Shown in pieces: positions 51,603 through 63,300 of a stretch of 64,000 bases of DNA. The stretch comes from Selaginella moellendorffii (taxonomy: Eukaryota; Plantae; Lycopodiophyta). The stretch covers positions 3,844,039-3,908,038 of the forward strand of contig NW_003314268.1 of assembly GCF_000143415.4 (NCBI RefSeq), written 5' to 3'. How positions within the stretch are numbered: position 1 is the first letter of the stretch; every line of letters begins with the position of its first letter. The translations under genes and the position numbers were made by a program. Below the pieces are notes generated by a model, which searched no databases, was not told where the DNA came from, and saw only the letters and a list, made by a program, of their open reading frames with translations.

Positions 51603-53510
51603 TTCTTGACCTGCTCATCTCTGCGGGAAACGATGCTCCTCCACCTTTGATCCTCATCCGAATTCACGTATACCCGGTAAGGTTCTCGATAGGCCTCTGC
51701 TGCGGGGTCGAGCTGTTTCTGAAGCCGGCGGTCGACATCCCTCTTAATGAAATTTGGATACTGATCCAACTTCTCAGCTTTACTTTTCGTGGCATCCCGC
51801 AGCAGATCGATGAACTTGGGGGCCCACTTCACGTACTCGTCGATGTCTTCATTTGACAACTCCAGCTCTTCCATCATCTCTTGCATGGTGTCGATGCTCA
51901 CCCTCTCCACGGCCACTTGCTCGAAGATCCAATCCTTCAATAGCGCACGAGCTCTCAGAGTCGTGCACAAGTCCTCGTATGTCACAATATGGCTGGGAGT
52001 CATTTTGGTCTTGTTGAAGACTACCTCACCATGTAGAAGAGTATTAGCCACTGTCAGAAGGTCGTCGTCGTCTAGAGACCGCGAGAAACGCAAGGCGTTG
52101 AGCTTCAAATCATTGGGCTTCCGGCCGTCCTCCACAACCATTGAGTTTAGCAACTCCCCGTCATGGTACCTCCTCAGCACATCTACCCATTTGTCAAAAA
52201 CAACTTTTGTCGCAAGTAGAATGTTATGGATGCTGAGTGTGTCATTGACCCCCAGTGTTTTCGAGAGAAGACTCGAGAATTCCTGCAATGGAAATGGCAT
52301 GAGGCCACATGCTATGCCACATGCAACAAGGCTTACCTGCCAGGCGCTAGTTGCTAGTGCACGTCCTGGTTTTTGTGGCTTCTTCAGTTAAACCCAGAGC
52401 TTCCGTGTTCGTGCCAATGTCTCGTGCAGACCCGATTTGTAGCACGTTTCTTGCTTGACATTCTGCGCGTGGGAGATGGATATGATAGATCGGAGGGGCG
52501 AGTTGCCTTTTATCAGGCGGACAACTCTTGTCTTGAAGACTTTCTTCACCTCCTCGCCCACCATAATATCCACAACTATCTCTTGCATTGCCAAGCTAGA
52601 ATGCTGCCCGGAGATGGCATAGAACCGGATGTTCTGATCGTCCAACACCTTCCTATTGATCAAGTCTGGAAACCTCGTCTCGCCCTTCATTGTTCAGTAG
52701 TAGGGGATCACATCTGCGATGTCAGGTGTTACTGGACTTGCCAGCATCTTCTGCTTCAGTTTCTCCACCCACTCATCAGATATTAGCCTGTGGTTGTATT
52801 TGCTTTGGATGTCGATACGGCTCACGTCGATTGTATATACTTTGTTGGAATAGTAATAAGTACTATTATCTACGATGATTTTTGCTGCCTCTTCTTGCTC
52901 TTTCTGCTCTTTGCGGCTCTTCTTTTTGGTGGGTGTAGTGTTCGAACTCGAGGCAATGGCATCACCGAGTAGCTTCTTTTTTGGACCAGGAGAGTCGGAC
53001 GTCGGCTTGAGCTTGACCACCCTTTTCTGCTTCGGGGTAGTTTCCAAGTCGACCATCTTCCCCTTCGCTTTGCGAACTGGAGGCACTCTCAACAGCTCAA
53101 TGTTGGAATATAGTTTTTGAACATCGCCGTAGGTGAAGTCCGTGGATTCCATGTGATCTTCATAGACCCGCAGCGTCTTTGAAATTGTGGGCCTCCTAGA
53201 CAACCTCTCCCTAGCTCCCTCTAGGAATTCCTCATATCCGCTGCCCCCCTCTGGGAAGCCGCTAGCATGTGCAAGGTGGATCTTGAAGGCGGACGCTGTC
53301 TCTACCACAAGTGCCAGTCCATATTCTTGCATGGAACTGCATGGAGTGTCTGTCACTTGAATGAGGATCCCCATGCTATCTTTTCTCCCACCATCTGTGT
53401 TGTACAGCCTCAGATCCTCGCCTTCCATCCCGAAAGTCCAACTGGTGAGCTCCTCCCCCTTCTCTACATCCACATTGACAGTGGCTGGAAGAAGAACGCA
53501 ATTCCCTGCC
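51603..53510 (-). pseudogene. ORF2, inverted truncated copy (ParB-like half)
   Basis: Near-identical to 46675-48353, with TGA at 52694 (CGA in the left copy). Retains 5' sequence 53280-53620 that is absent on the left. Confidence 0.85.
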
Positions 53511-53899
53511 TGTTCAGAAATGCACAACAATTAGAGCTGACAGATGAAAAGCTAGCAGCTGGAAATAACGTGAGGCCACACGCTGCACCACTGCATCAGA
53601 TGTCTTGAGGCTGCATCCTAAGATGGCATGAGGCCACATGCCATCTTGGGCCCTTGCAATTTCATGGCTAGCGTATTGTCATGTATGTTTTTACTTGCCT
53701 GCAGCTGTGTGTATATCAAGATGGCATGAGGCCTCATGCCAATTTTGTGAACTGCGAAACTATTGCCATGTGGGTGTCAAGAGCATGTTTGAAAAATGGC
53801 ATGTGGCCTCATGCTATTGAGGTTGTTTGGTATGTTATGATTTAGGCCATTCTCCAATCATTTTTTGTATGGTCTTAACTTCTTTTCTGCACTTTCAGA

Positions 53900-56725
53900 A
53901 TGGCCTCCGCAACTGCGACGCATGTTCCCTCTGTGGATCTTAAGAACCGTGCTACATGGATTCAGGCAAAGGTGTTTCTAAACAACCCCGAGGGGGAGGT
54001 GGTAGCTGAGGGCTTAGCCACAGTTGTCGATCCAAGAGATGCGATTGCTAATCAAGAATTGGGCTGGGATGATATTGGAGTTGCGATTTTAGAGGTTGTT
54101 GACACAGAAGAAAACAGTTTGACTATTGGAAGCATTGTGCGGTGGAAATTGAGGCACTTAGTGTTTGAGAATGTGAAGGATTCACAATCAAACACCACTA
54201 CAACTGATGACAGAACATCTCTTCATGGGAAAAGAAAGTACACCTTCCTAAAGCGCAGCCAAAGGGATCTGAGCAACAAACCGAAAAGGCAGAAAATGGC
54301 GATGGAGGTTCGAATGCTCTCGACAGTTGCTTGTTGCAAGAAGAGGTGCTGTCAACATGTTGATTGGGATGCTATTGAAGAGGAGAGAGCAAGATACAAG
54401 ACATTGTCCTGGAAGGCAGCTCGCAATTTTGTGTATGAGGCATTACGGTCATTTGTTGATGCTTCAGAACATCAGGTGGGGGGCATGGTCTTCCAGAGGG
54501 GTTTGGTCTGCATGAAGGCATGGAGAATCATTTATGGAGTCCCTCGAACCACATTCTACAGAATCAAAACTGAGTTCGAGGAACAAAGGGTTCAACAGGC
54601 AGTCCATGGGAACGACAGTACGCACAAAACTAGGGGTCATGTTGTATATGGAAAGGCAATTTTCAAGAGGTTTCTCGAGACATGTAGCAAGCAGCAACCA
54701 CATAAAACCCGCCTCTTGGAAGATGGAACACGAGACACCCAACGAGTTCTCCCTTCCATGTATACCAAGCAGGCCATATTGGAAGATGTGAATCGAGAAC
54801 TCCAGAGTAATGGCTACAGGAAGCTGAGCCAATTTAGATTTAGTAGATTGTGGAGCAACAGGTTCAGGGATGTGAGTATAGGAAAGTACTCCAGGTTTTC
54901 AAAGAGTGACGAGTGCACTGCTATCAAAATGGCTTTGTCGAAGAATTCTTGCATCGCTCAAGAGCGAGAGACGTTGGTTAGAAGGCGGCTCGACCACAAC
55001 ATCGAGCAAAGAAGTTGCAGGACTGCATATTATCATAACAAGATTCTCTCCATGGAGAGACCTGACTCTTACCTTTGCATCATCCACGACAAAATGGACC
55101 AGAAAAAGACGTGCTTACCTCGACTCAATCCTGCCCCCAAGGCAATCTCTTCATCCATGCTGCTGCCTGTGTCTCTGTTTGGCATAATCGCTCATGGGCA
55201 TGGTGCCCAGAACTATGGGAACTTCTTTGCACCTCTATGGGGTGGCGGGGGTGCAAACATGATGATTGCGTCCCTAGCAAAACACTTAAGGTCTCTGCAA
55301 AGTGCGCAGACTGAGCTGAACGGCCAACCCTTGCATAAGGCCCTTGTCGATCGAACCCCATACAGGGTTCAGCTGGAGGAGGAGCAAAGGCTTGCAGTAT
55401 CGCGTGGGGCCCCATGCCATCCCAGTGAATATGTTGGCCGTCAGATTGTAGAGTTATCACGTGAGGCCTCATGCCATTCCGACGAGGCTGGTCGCCTGGT
55501 GAATGCACAGCCTCATCCAAACGAAGCAGAATCTCAAGGAAGTTCTTGCGGCCAATGTGGCCTTCCACCCCATCTTCTGCTCCAAACAGACAATGCTAGC
55601 AGTGAGAACAAAAACATGTACGTCTTCGCGTACTTGGCGATGCTTGTTGCCAAAGGCATATTTGAAACGGTTACACTTGGCTTTCTCATGGTTGGGCACA
55701 CTCATGAAGATGTCGATGCCATGTTCAGTCACCTGTCAGAGTCCCTCCAGCGATCCAATGTCCTCACCCTCCCACAACTCTACGATCAATTCCAAAATTG
55801 CATCAAAGGCATTGTTGAAGCTGCACTTGTGACAGAGGTTCCAGACTTTAAGGGGTTTGTAAGAGGCTACATCAGGGACAGATCCGAAACGCTGATTGGC
55901 CACTCCAAGCCTCTTCAGTTTCATTTCAGCATGCGTGACGGTGCTCCAGTGATGAGGTACAAGATGAGAGAATGGGACACAGTGTGGCTGCCAGTGGACG
56001 GCATTGAACTCTTCAAGAGAGATCCCATAACTGGGGAACCTATGATTCCTCAGGGTTCCCCACGGCCGATGCACCCGGATGGACTCAAAGACCAGGAAAG
56101 TATAGTGGCCGGGATTAGACAGCATATTGCCTTCTGGAAGAGGGGGTTGGTGTTTGGTGGAGAATCCTATTTTTAGAGGTGCAAGCCTTTGCTCAAATAC
56201 TGGGAGAAGATTATATCTGCTATCCAAAATGGGCCGGTTGTATATGAAGAATTGGAAGAGTCCTTTTGGCCAGAACCCAGAGCACCAGATAGTAGAGGAA
56301 CAATGTCCTCTGGAAATGCAGTGACAGATAACGATGTTGAGGATCATTATTGTGGGCCGAGGAACAAGAAGCCGGATTCAGCATTCAATCCAGTACAGGT
56401 CTGCAAAGGAATGGTCGTGCTTGTCAGACCCAGTAATAAAAAACAAATGATATGGGTGGGGCGCTGCATCACTAATGCAGAGGAGGACGCGGAAACTAAC
56501 TCCTTCAATGTAACTGTGGAGTGGTTCAAGCCAAGTTCCGGATATACGAAGGATTTCCTAGAAAAGAGATGGGTGCTGAATCCAAGGGATCCCAGCATGA
56601 GCATATCGGTGGATAATGTTGTGCATGGTTGGATGCGGAAGCAGAGTGCCACCATCACCTTGCCAGACCATGCAAGAGATGCAGCAAGAGCATTCATAAC
56701 CCAGGTTCAAGGTGAGATTCATTAA
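53900..56725 (+). pseudogene. Sola-like DDD transposase, right copy
   Basis: Same motifs as the left copy. Lacks ~81 N-terminal codons and has one TAG at 56174-56176 (AAG in the left copy). Confidence 0.75.
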
Positions 56726-57438
56726 TATTCCTTTACTAAGTTTCTAATGTATTTTATTTCAAGGTGAACAATCTGAATCTGAATCAAAGGAGGCGTGATG
56801 GCATGTGGCCTTACGCCATTCCTAGGTGAGATGATACAAATAACAAGTATAAATTCTTAGTTGTTGTAGCAAATCTTACTTAAAGTTCAAGGTGAACAAG
56901 CCGAATATGAATTCATCAGATTGTTATAACAAATTGCGAGGTGATGGCATGAGGCGATACACCATTTGAGAGTGGTAGCCATTCCTATATGAGGTGAGTG
57001 AAATATTTATTAGAAATACCTCATTCAATTGTGCACTTCTAAGTCTTGGTCCACTCAGTACTGTTTGCATGTTTTTATTTTAATTCTTTCTCTAAAATGT
57101 TATTTAGCATGTGGCTTCATGCCATTGCTCTCCACAATCATGCATTGAATTTTTCTATCCTTGCATAATACTTCTCCATATATATAGCATGTGCGCACAT
57201 GTGATATGGTTCATTAGGCCTGATATAGTGTGTGAGGTAAAACAAAGATGATGTGACATATGCATTTACCAATCACATGTGCATAAATCTAATAATATGG
57301 CGTGTGGCCCATATTAATGGCACATAAACCCATATTGTGGGCTTACGTGCTTTATGTACCATCATTCCCTTGCAGCGTGTGTGTTGGTTTCCTTTTATAA
57401 CACAACAAACTCCATATTTTAGGGTGAAGAGCATTCTC

Positions 57439-57696
57439 ATGGCAAGCACAAAATCTGTAAGTGAGGTAGAAAAGGAGATGGAGAAGGAGATAGGTGAAGA
57501 TGTAAAATATATAAGTCTTCCAAACTCCCCGTACTATACTCCAGGTGATCATTTTTCTGAACAAACGGCAACATTAACAACTATCAAGAACGCCCCAGTA
57601 ACGTCAGAGACAACAATCCAAAGCAAAACAACTGACCCGAAGAAGGATGATAGTACCGCTGAGAGTACCAAAAAGGAGGTGTCCACTAGCGCTTAG
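57439..57696 (+). CDS. Small (85 aa) element-borne protein with an ISLPNSPYYTPG motif
   Basis: Intact ORF, homologous at the protein level to 58554-58802. Confidence 0.55.
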   Translation: MASTKSVSEVEKEMEKEIGEDVKYISLPNSPYYTPGDHFSEQTATLTTIKNAPVTSETTIQSKTTDPKKDDSTAESTKKEVSTSA

Positions 57697-58025
57697 GCTT
57701 ATAATGGCGTGTGCCCTCATGCCATTTACTTGATCACCAAATACCTTTTTCCCTTTGCACTAGTATATCTTAATACCGGTCTGAGAAATAGAATGGCATG
57801 TGCCCTCAGGCCTTTTACTAAATCACCTTTGAAAGAAATGCAAGCCTCTATGTCGTAAAAAAAAGGTACTAGAGAAATTCCTTAATAATATGAATGTTAT
57901 TTAGTTTCATGAAAATACACTAAGGGTCAAATGAGTTAAATGACTTCTCTAGACTAGCAATGCCTCTTGCTACACCTTCACAATTAGATTCGTTAGAAAA
58001 AGATAACATTGAATAATATCTAAAT

Positions 58026-58197
58026 GTCCTCACCCGACTGTCTTAACATGGTTTCTGCACATTCTTGCACCCTTCGAAGACGACGAGATGAGAAAAACGT
58101 GGCCCTGACTTGCAAAGCATCCCTCATCCATTGTACCTCTCCATTGAGATTGGGGAAGGGGAGTCCGCCATAGGAATTTGAGTCAGGAGGTGGTGAC
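58026..58197 (-). other. Inverted copy of ORF2 exon segment 49528-49698
   Basis: Near-exact reverse complement, joined to the arm end through the shared TCCTCACC. Confidence 0.85.
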
Positions 58198-58553
58198 GGG
58201 GATGGTCCAAAATTGAGTTGAGCTCATGAGTTGAGCTCAATTCAACACAAGTCAACTCAAGTCAACATAGTCAATAAGAAATATTACAAAGGAGATCTAA
58301 ATTGAACAAATGAAGGTTCTAGCAAACTTTAAAATATTAAAATACGTAAATATCTAAGTTAAAAGTTTCTATAAGATTGAATTGTTTAAAAAAGACAAAG
58401 TTCATGAGAACCTATCTTTTATAAAACTATATTATTTTATTATGACAACTGTTACAGCTGTCATATTTGATTTGACTACTTAATATTTTGAATACTTTTA
58501 CAGCTGTAGATACTATTCCTTCATTCAAAAGAGTTTTTAGGGTTCTTGAGAAG

Positions 58554-58802
58554 ATGGGAAGCAAGGAAAATACAAGATCTGTGAGTAAGAGTTGTAGTGC
58601 AAAGGAATGTGAGAATGTTAATTTTATTTCACTACCACAATCTCCATATTACACTCCTGGTCCTTATTACCCATCTGGGAATGTGGAGACCACTATCACG
58701 ATTGATAAAAATGCTCCTGTTACTTCTGAAACAACAGTCTAGAGCAAGAGAAATGAAGAAATGAACAGCACAGCGGAAAGCGCCAAGAAATCTACTCCAT
58801 AA
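58554..58802 (+). pseudogene. Homolog of the small SLPxSPYYTPG protein with one premature stop
   Basis: NVNFISLPQSPYYTPG..KNAPVTSETTV*SK..STAESAKK versus DVKYISLPNSPYYTPG..KNAPVTSETTIQSK..STAESTKK; TAG at 58740-58742. Confidence 0.7.
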
Positions 58803-59267
58803 AACTTTCCATGACATTTGTAATTTACATATTAATTCATATTAAAAACTCTATTGCTTGCCTATATCGCAATCCTCTCATATGATAAGACCAAGGTATA
58901 TTTTGCAGTGAATCCTCATTAAAAGTTTTTGGGAATTGTTTGTAAATAATGATAAAAGAAATCAAAATCTTTCGAAAGACTCAAAAGTAATATGACATCA
59001 AAGAATCAACTTTATCTACATTTCCAAGACTAAAAGGCAATCTCACATGAGAGAATGGTAGCGTGCCAACGTGCTCTACCACTATAATGTGGTCTATATT
59101 TCCTTGCAATTTATTTCCGTAGACATTTGGCATGTGTATATGTGTAGCAAAGTAGGATTCATCATAATGATAGAGCATGTGTATACACGATAATCTAAAA
59201 TTCTAGAAGCTCTTATGTTTACAAGAAAGCTATGATTATGAAGCCCCATTTCCAAGACTGACATTTA

Positions 59268-59405
59268 AAGAATCTGAGTATTGTCAGTGTCATAATAAAT
59301 AAACCTCATTCCCAAGAATCTGAGTATTGTCAGTGTCATAATAAATAAACCTCGTTCCCAAGAATCTGAGTATTGTCAGTGTCATAATAAATAAACCGCA
59401 TTCCC
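59268..59405 (+). repeat. Tandem repeat, 3 x 46 bp
   Basis: Unit AAGAATCTGAGTATTGTCAGTGTCATAATAAATAAACCTCATTCCC at 59268, 59314 and 59360. Confidence 0.95.
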
Positions 59406-59497
59406 AAGACTAAAACTTAGTATATAAACTATCTAGAAAAGTTATAGTCATTGTAGGTTTTTTGTTCTCCTTGAGCTCCTTAGAAGTTTATATTGAA

Positions 59498-60043
59498 ATG
59501 GCTCAAAGGAGACCCATTGCTAATCGTACTTGGCCCCCTAGCATTTCATATCAATCTCCACCTCCATCCCCAAGTTCTACCAACATTCCACCTTCACCTC
59601 TACATAACAATCCTTTTTCTGCTGAGGGCTCTAGTGAAGCTGAATTAGAGCTCCCTATATGTGAAATTCCGGATCTTGCTACTAGAGAGGGATTGCCTTT
59701 AGCGCTTCAAGAGCAATGCCATATGTTTTTGCAAGATCTTGCTCCTGACATGGTAGGACTACTTGAAAGCACAGAACGCTATTACATTTGGTGTCCAATA
59801 TGCTACTTTTTCTTGGACAAGACAAATGGCTCTATGGGTTTACAAACTTTTCTTGAGCACTGTAAGAATTGCCCAACGGCAGGTCTGGAAAATGTGCACA
59901 TGTGGATGTACAATAGATTCAAGAATGAGTTACAGACACATACCCACTATCGCTTCATGGTGAGGAACAACATCCCCTTGGGAAACACTGCATTGGCTAG
60001 TGCAAAATATGGGGTTTTTAGGCCACCCTATAGTGGAATGTAA
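59498..60043 (+). CDS. Hypothetical 181-aa protein with a Pro/Ser-rich N-terminus and a putative zinc finger
   Basis: Intact ORF with WCPICY-x15-EHCKNC-x8-H and TATATAAA at ~59421. Confidence 0.55.
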   Translation: MAQRRPIANRTWPPSISYQSPPPSPSSTNIPPSPLHNNPFSAEGSSEAELELPICEIPDLATREGLPLALQEQCHMFLQDLAPDMVGLLESTERYYIWCPICYFFLDKTNGSMGLQTFLEHCKNCPTAGLENVHMWMYNRFKNELQTHTHYRFMVRNNIPLGNTALASAKYGVFRPPYSGM

Positions 60044-60253
60044 GATCTAGAATTACTTTACTATACTATAGTATTGTCACTATTAAAAGAAAAAATATAA
60101 TAAAATGATATTAGTTGTAGGTAACATACCTTGTTCTAGAAGGTGCTATCATATCACATACAATTGTTTACAAAATGTTGAAGGAGGAGATGGCAACACA
60201 CAAACGCTACAAAGTGATGGTGACAGGTGAGAATGATAATCTATAATTATGGT

Positions 60254-60355
60254 ATCTGACACTGACACTGACATCTGACAATTTTACTGACATCTGACAA
60301 TTTTACTGACATCTGACAATTTTACTGACATCTGACACTTTCACTGACATCTAAC
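60254..60355 (+). repeat. Tandem repeat, about 4-5 x 19 bp (CTGACATCTGACAATTTTA)
   Basis: Seen directly. The core ACTGACA is the reverse complement of the TGTCAGT core of the 46-bp unit. Confidence 0.9.
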
Positions 60356-60390
60356 ATATAACAAGCTTTCCATTTTATGTAAGGATGCAA

Positions 60391-63300
60391 TTAACTTTCT
60401 TCTGCCTCATCATCAACATAATGATTTCTTTTATACTTCCTCCTATAGTGGTATTGTGGGGAAGATTCACCTTGCATATGTTGAGCCATGGCTTCTGCAT
60501 AGTTAGGGAGACTTTGAAAGCCTCCAATTCTAGAAACTCCAGGTGATTGTGATCTATAAAATAGAATGAAATATATATTGAAATTTTAATAAAACATAAT
60601 TTACCTCCTTGAGGTTGAAGGCAACTCACGAAATCCTCTGAGCCGGCGTTTGAAGAAATGATGTTCTTCAATAGCAAACACCGACCTACCAGAGTCACGT
60701 GCTGCCTCCACCATAGAACCACTACCTGCTGTGCAATCAATCACAATACCATCTGGTGGGCAATAGAGCTCAAGCAAGACTTGCATTGCTGATGGAGTTC
60801 GGAATCGGTACCCTGGAAATGTGTTGCGGATCTGCTCATCCACAAGGTTGGGTATGATGTTAGTGGAACTATCGTACCCAGGCAAAACACGTGCTGCACG
60901 TTCACTATCACGAAACCCATCATGTGTGTTTCTGCAGAAGGCATGATAGGTCCACATCATAACCTGGAAAATAAAAATGTTTAGAAATTAGATAAAAATA
61001 TAAAATACATACCTTTTCAGGCTTCCCTTGGACGCCCCTCGTATCAACGCCAATAGGATCCATAATGCACCCGGAAGAGAATGACTTGAAATGAACTTCT
61101 GCTGCACACGTCATAAGCTCATACATCCAGTTGGGGTCGTTCGGTAGGATGAAGACGACATGGCCAGCTTCGAGCATAAGTGCTTCGGACAATAGGAATG
61201 CATCGCGCAAGTGGTCAGGTGTGAGAAAGTTCCAATCCTCAACTTTCCCATCGATATCTGAAAGACCATCTGGAAAGTCGAAGAGAATGAAGTCCGCAAC
61301 TGGGAGCATGGGCCTTTGTATCTTTCGGCACCAACGGTTGAACTGGCGGCGTATATCCATATTGATGTCGTCTTCCGTGAAAGATGTCAATAATCTACTG
61401 TAAGAGCCAATGAAGATACCCACAATGCCTCGTTGTGTTATTGGGGACACAGGACGGACCTATAAAAGAGCTAAGTGAATGAAAAAAGTAATAAATAGTA
61501 TGATACCGTCATATGGCGTGTTGTCGATGAGAGTTCCTCCAACTCCTCTTCACGAGCATCTCGTCGAGCTGGAATGAAATTACTACCAACAGTCATTGCT
61601 GCAAAAAACATGTATTACCACCTTTAGTTTGTAAAATTCACTTTTGCTTACCTCGAGGTCGACGTGATATTCGGTGAACCACTTGATCATCGTTATTTAC
61701 TGGTAAAACCTGATCCGGATCTTGGTTGTTTGATGGTTGAATTGGAGCCTGTTCCTGATTGTCTGGTGGTGGAACATGAACTTGATCTGGAGCTTCCTCA
61801 TCCTCGTCTCCATCGTCACTTGCATTGCCATCGTTGCTAGCATTGATAATTTCCTCGCGATCTAGTGTAGAGGTCTCCTTCCCTAGGAGTTCCAACTCCC
61901 AAGGGCATTCTATCTTCCGTGCCTTCGGAACTCTCGCAAACATTGTTGGATACATTCCTCCATCTCTTACACCCTTTGCAACAAGTCGAGTGCAAACTGG
62001 TGCCTCAAATGGCATGCCTCTATATCGAAGATACCTGTAAACAATATATATTAAAAAACAGTCTTAGAAATCATATTATACCTATAAGCTGCACGTCGCA
62101 TGAAATAAGGTTGACCATGTTGGCAATCATAAGTTGTTGTGCTTGTAGACTTCTCTGGCAGCCACCCCTCTTCGATCCCTTCCAATGACGTGTTGATGTA
62201 GGTGTCGAAAGACATAAATGTGCCATCTGGATCGTCACCAATGTGTGGTGCCAAGAACTTCTCACCTTCACTTATAGTTTGCGTGATGTAGACAGCCCTT
62301 CTCATCATGTTCTCAAATAGTTCTGGCAGTCCTTTCTCTCTGTTCATCAAGCAGACATTGAGGAACTCCAGAGTCTCTATCTATTGCTTATATGGAAGCT
62401 TCGATTTTGCGATATTGTAAATCATGTCATCTGGAGTTTTGTTCACTGCAAAAGTAACATATGCATAATTAAGAAAAATGAAGTGTGATAAAAAACTTAC
62501 ATTCATGAGAAGAAATTTCGGCTATAGTCTCTAGCCACTCCTTCGGCCTGCGATTGTCTGCAATGCATACTAGTTTCTTCAACTTTGAGGACTTTGCATG
62601 CTGAATTTTGTGCTCAATTTGTACAAACTCAGCTGAGAGCTCTTCCCGACTCTTCTCCGGATATGCAAGTTCGTAAGCATCCTGCTTGACCTTCACCAAA
62701 GGCTAAAAACAAAAATAATTAAAAGAGGCTTTTATAAAATAAAAGGGAAAGACATACCTTACACCACACAGCGAGCATAAAACTGATTGGGTTGTTGAAC
62801 CAAGTTGTACCGTCATTTCGAGTGCGTGAGTGCCGAACAAGTGTTGCGAGATCATCACCATAATGTTGGCGGATGTCATCCTCACTCAAGTCTGCCAAAA
62901 ATCGAAGTTGCTCGATGTCATGGACAAGATTTTGTTTTTGAACAGCGAACTGCCCAAGCCTACATTTAAACACAACAAAACAAGTTAAAGTGGAGTTAGA
63001 GGTAAAATTATAAAACTTACGCATTGATCTTTTGGCAGGCCAAGATAAGTCTGTTGACATCCAAAGGTCCCCTCGCGTAGACATGGCCGACTGGAACGTT
63101 GATATGGTAGACAGGATCATCGCGAAAATGATCGTCGATACACTTCATCCAAGCTCTATATCGGTGGTTACCGTCAATAATTTGGAACATTGTCCCCGCA
63201 AGCTATCGAGTCTCAGGATGTCTGATAAGCATGTCATCAAATTCTAGGGACTTCCTCCTCCAAATAGGATCCCAGCTATTCACAATCTCGGGTGTGACAG

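Larger units (their letters stand above)
42708..57814. repeat. Dispersed 22-bp palindrome ATGGCATGWGGCCWCAYGCCAT, about 28 copies
   Basis: Copies start at 42708, 43024, 43113, 44529, 44586, 46423, 46493, 46591, 47641, 49140, 49281, 49472, 50689, 50764, 52294, 53566, 53623, 53721, 53796, 55399, 55456, 56798, 56944, 57104, 57184, 57297, 57704 and 57793. Confidence 0.9.
42482..58197. mobile_element. Large DNA-transposon-like composite: two inverted, differently deleted copies of an element with a Sola-like DDD transposase and a ParB-like cargo gene
   Basis: 42804-48353 is the reverse complement of 51603-58034 with indels. Transposase and ORF2 are divergent in both arms. True termini and TSD were not identified. 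Confidence 0.75.

Noticed and set aside
59268-59405. CRISPR-like array
   Set aside because: Units are head-to-tail with no unique spacers, there are no cas genes, and the context is eukaryotic.
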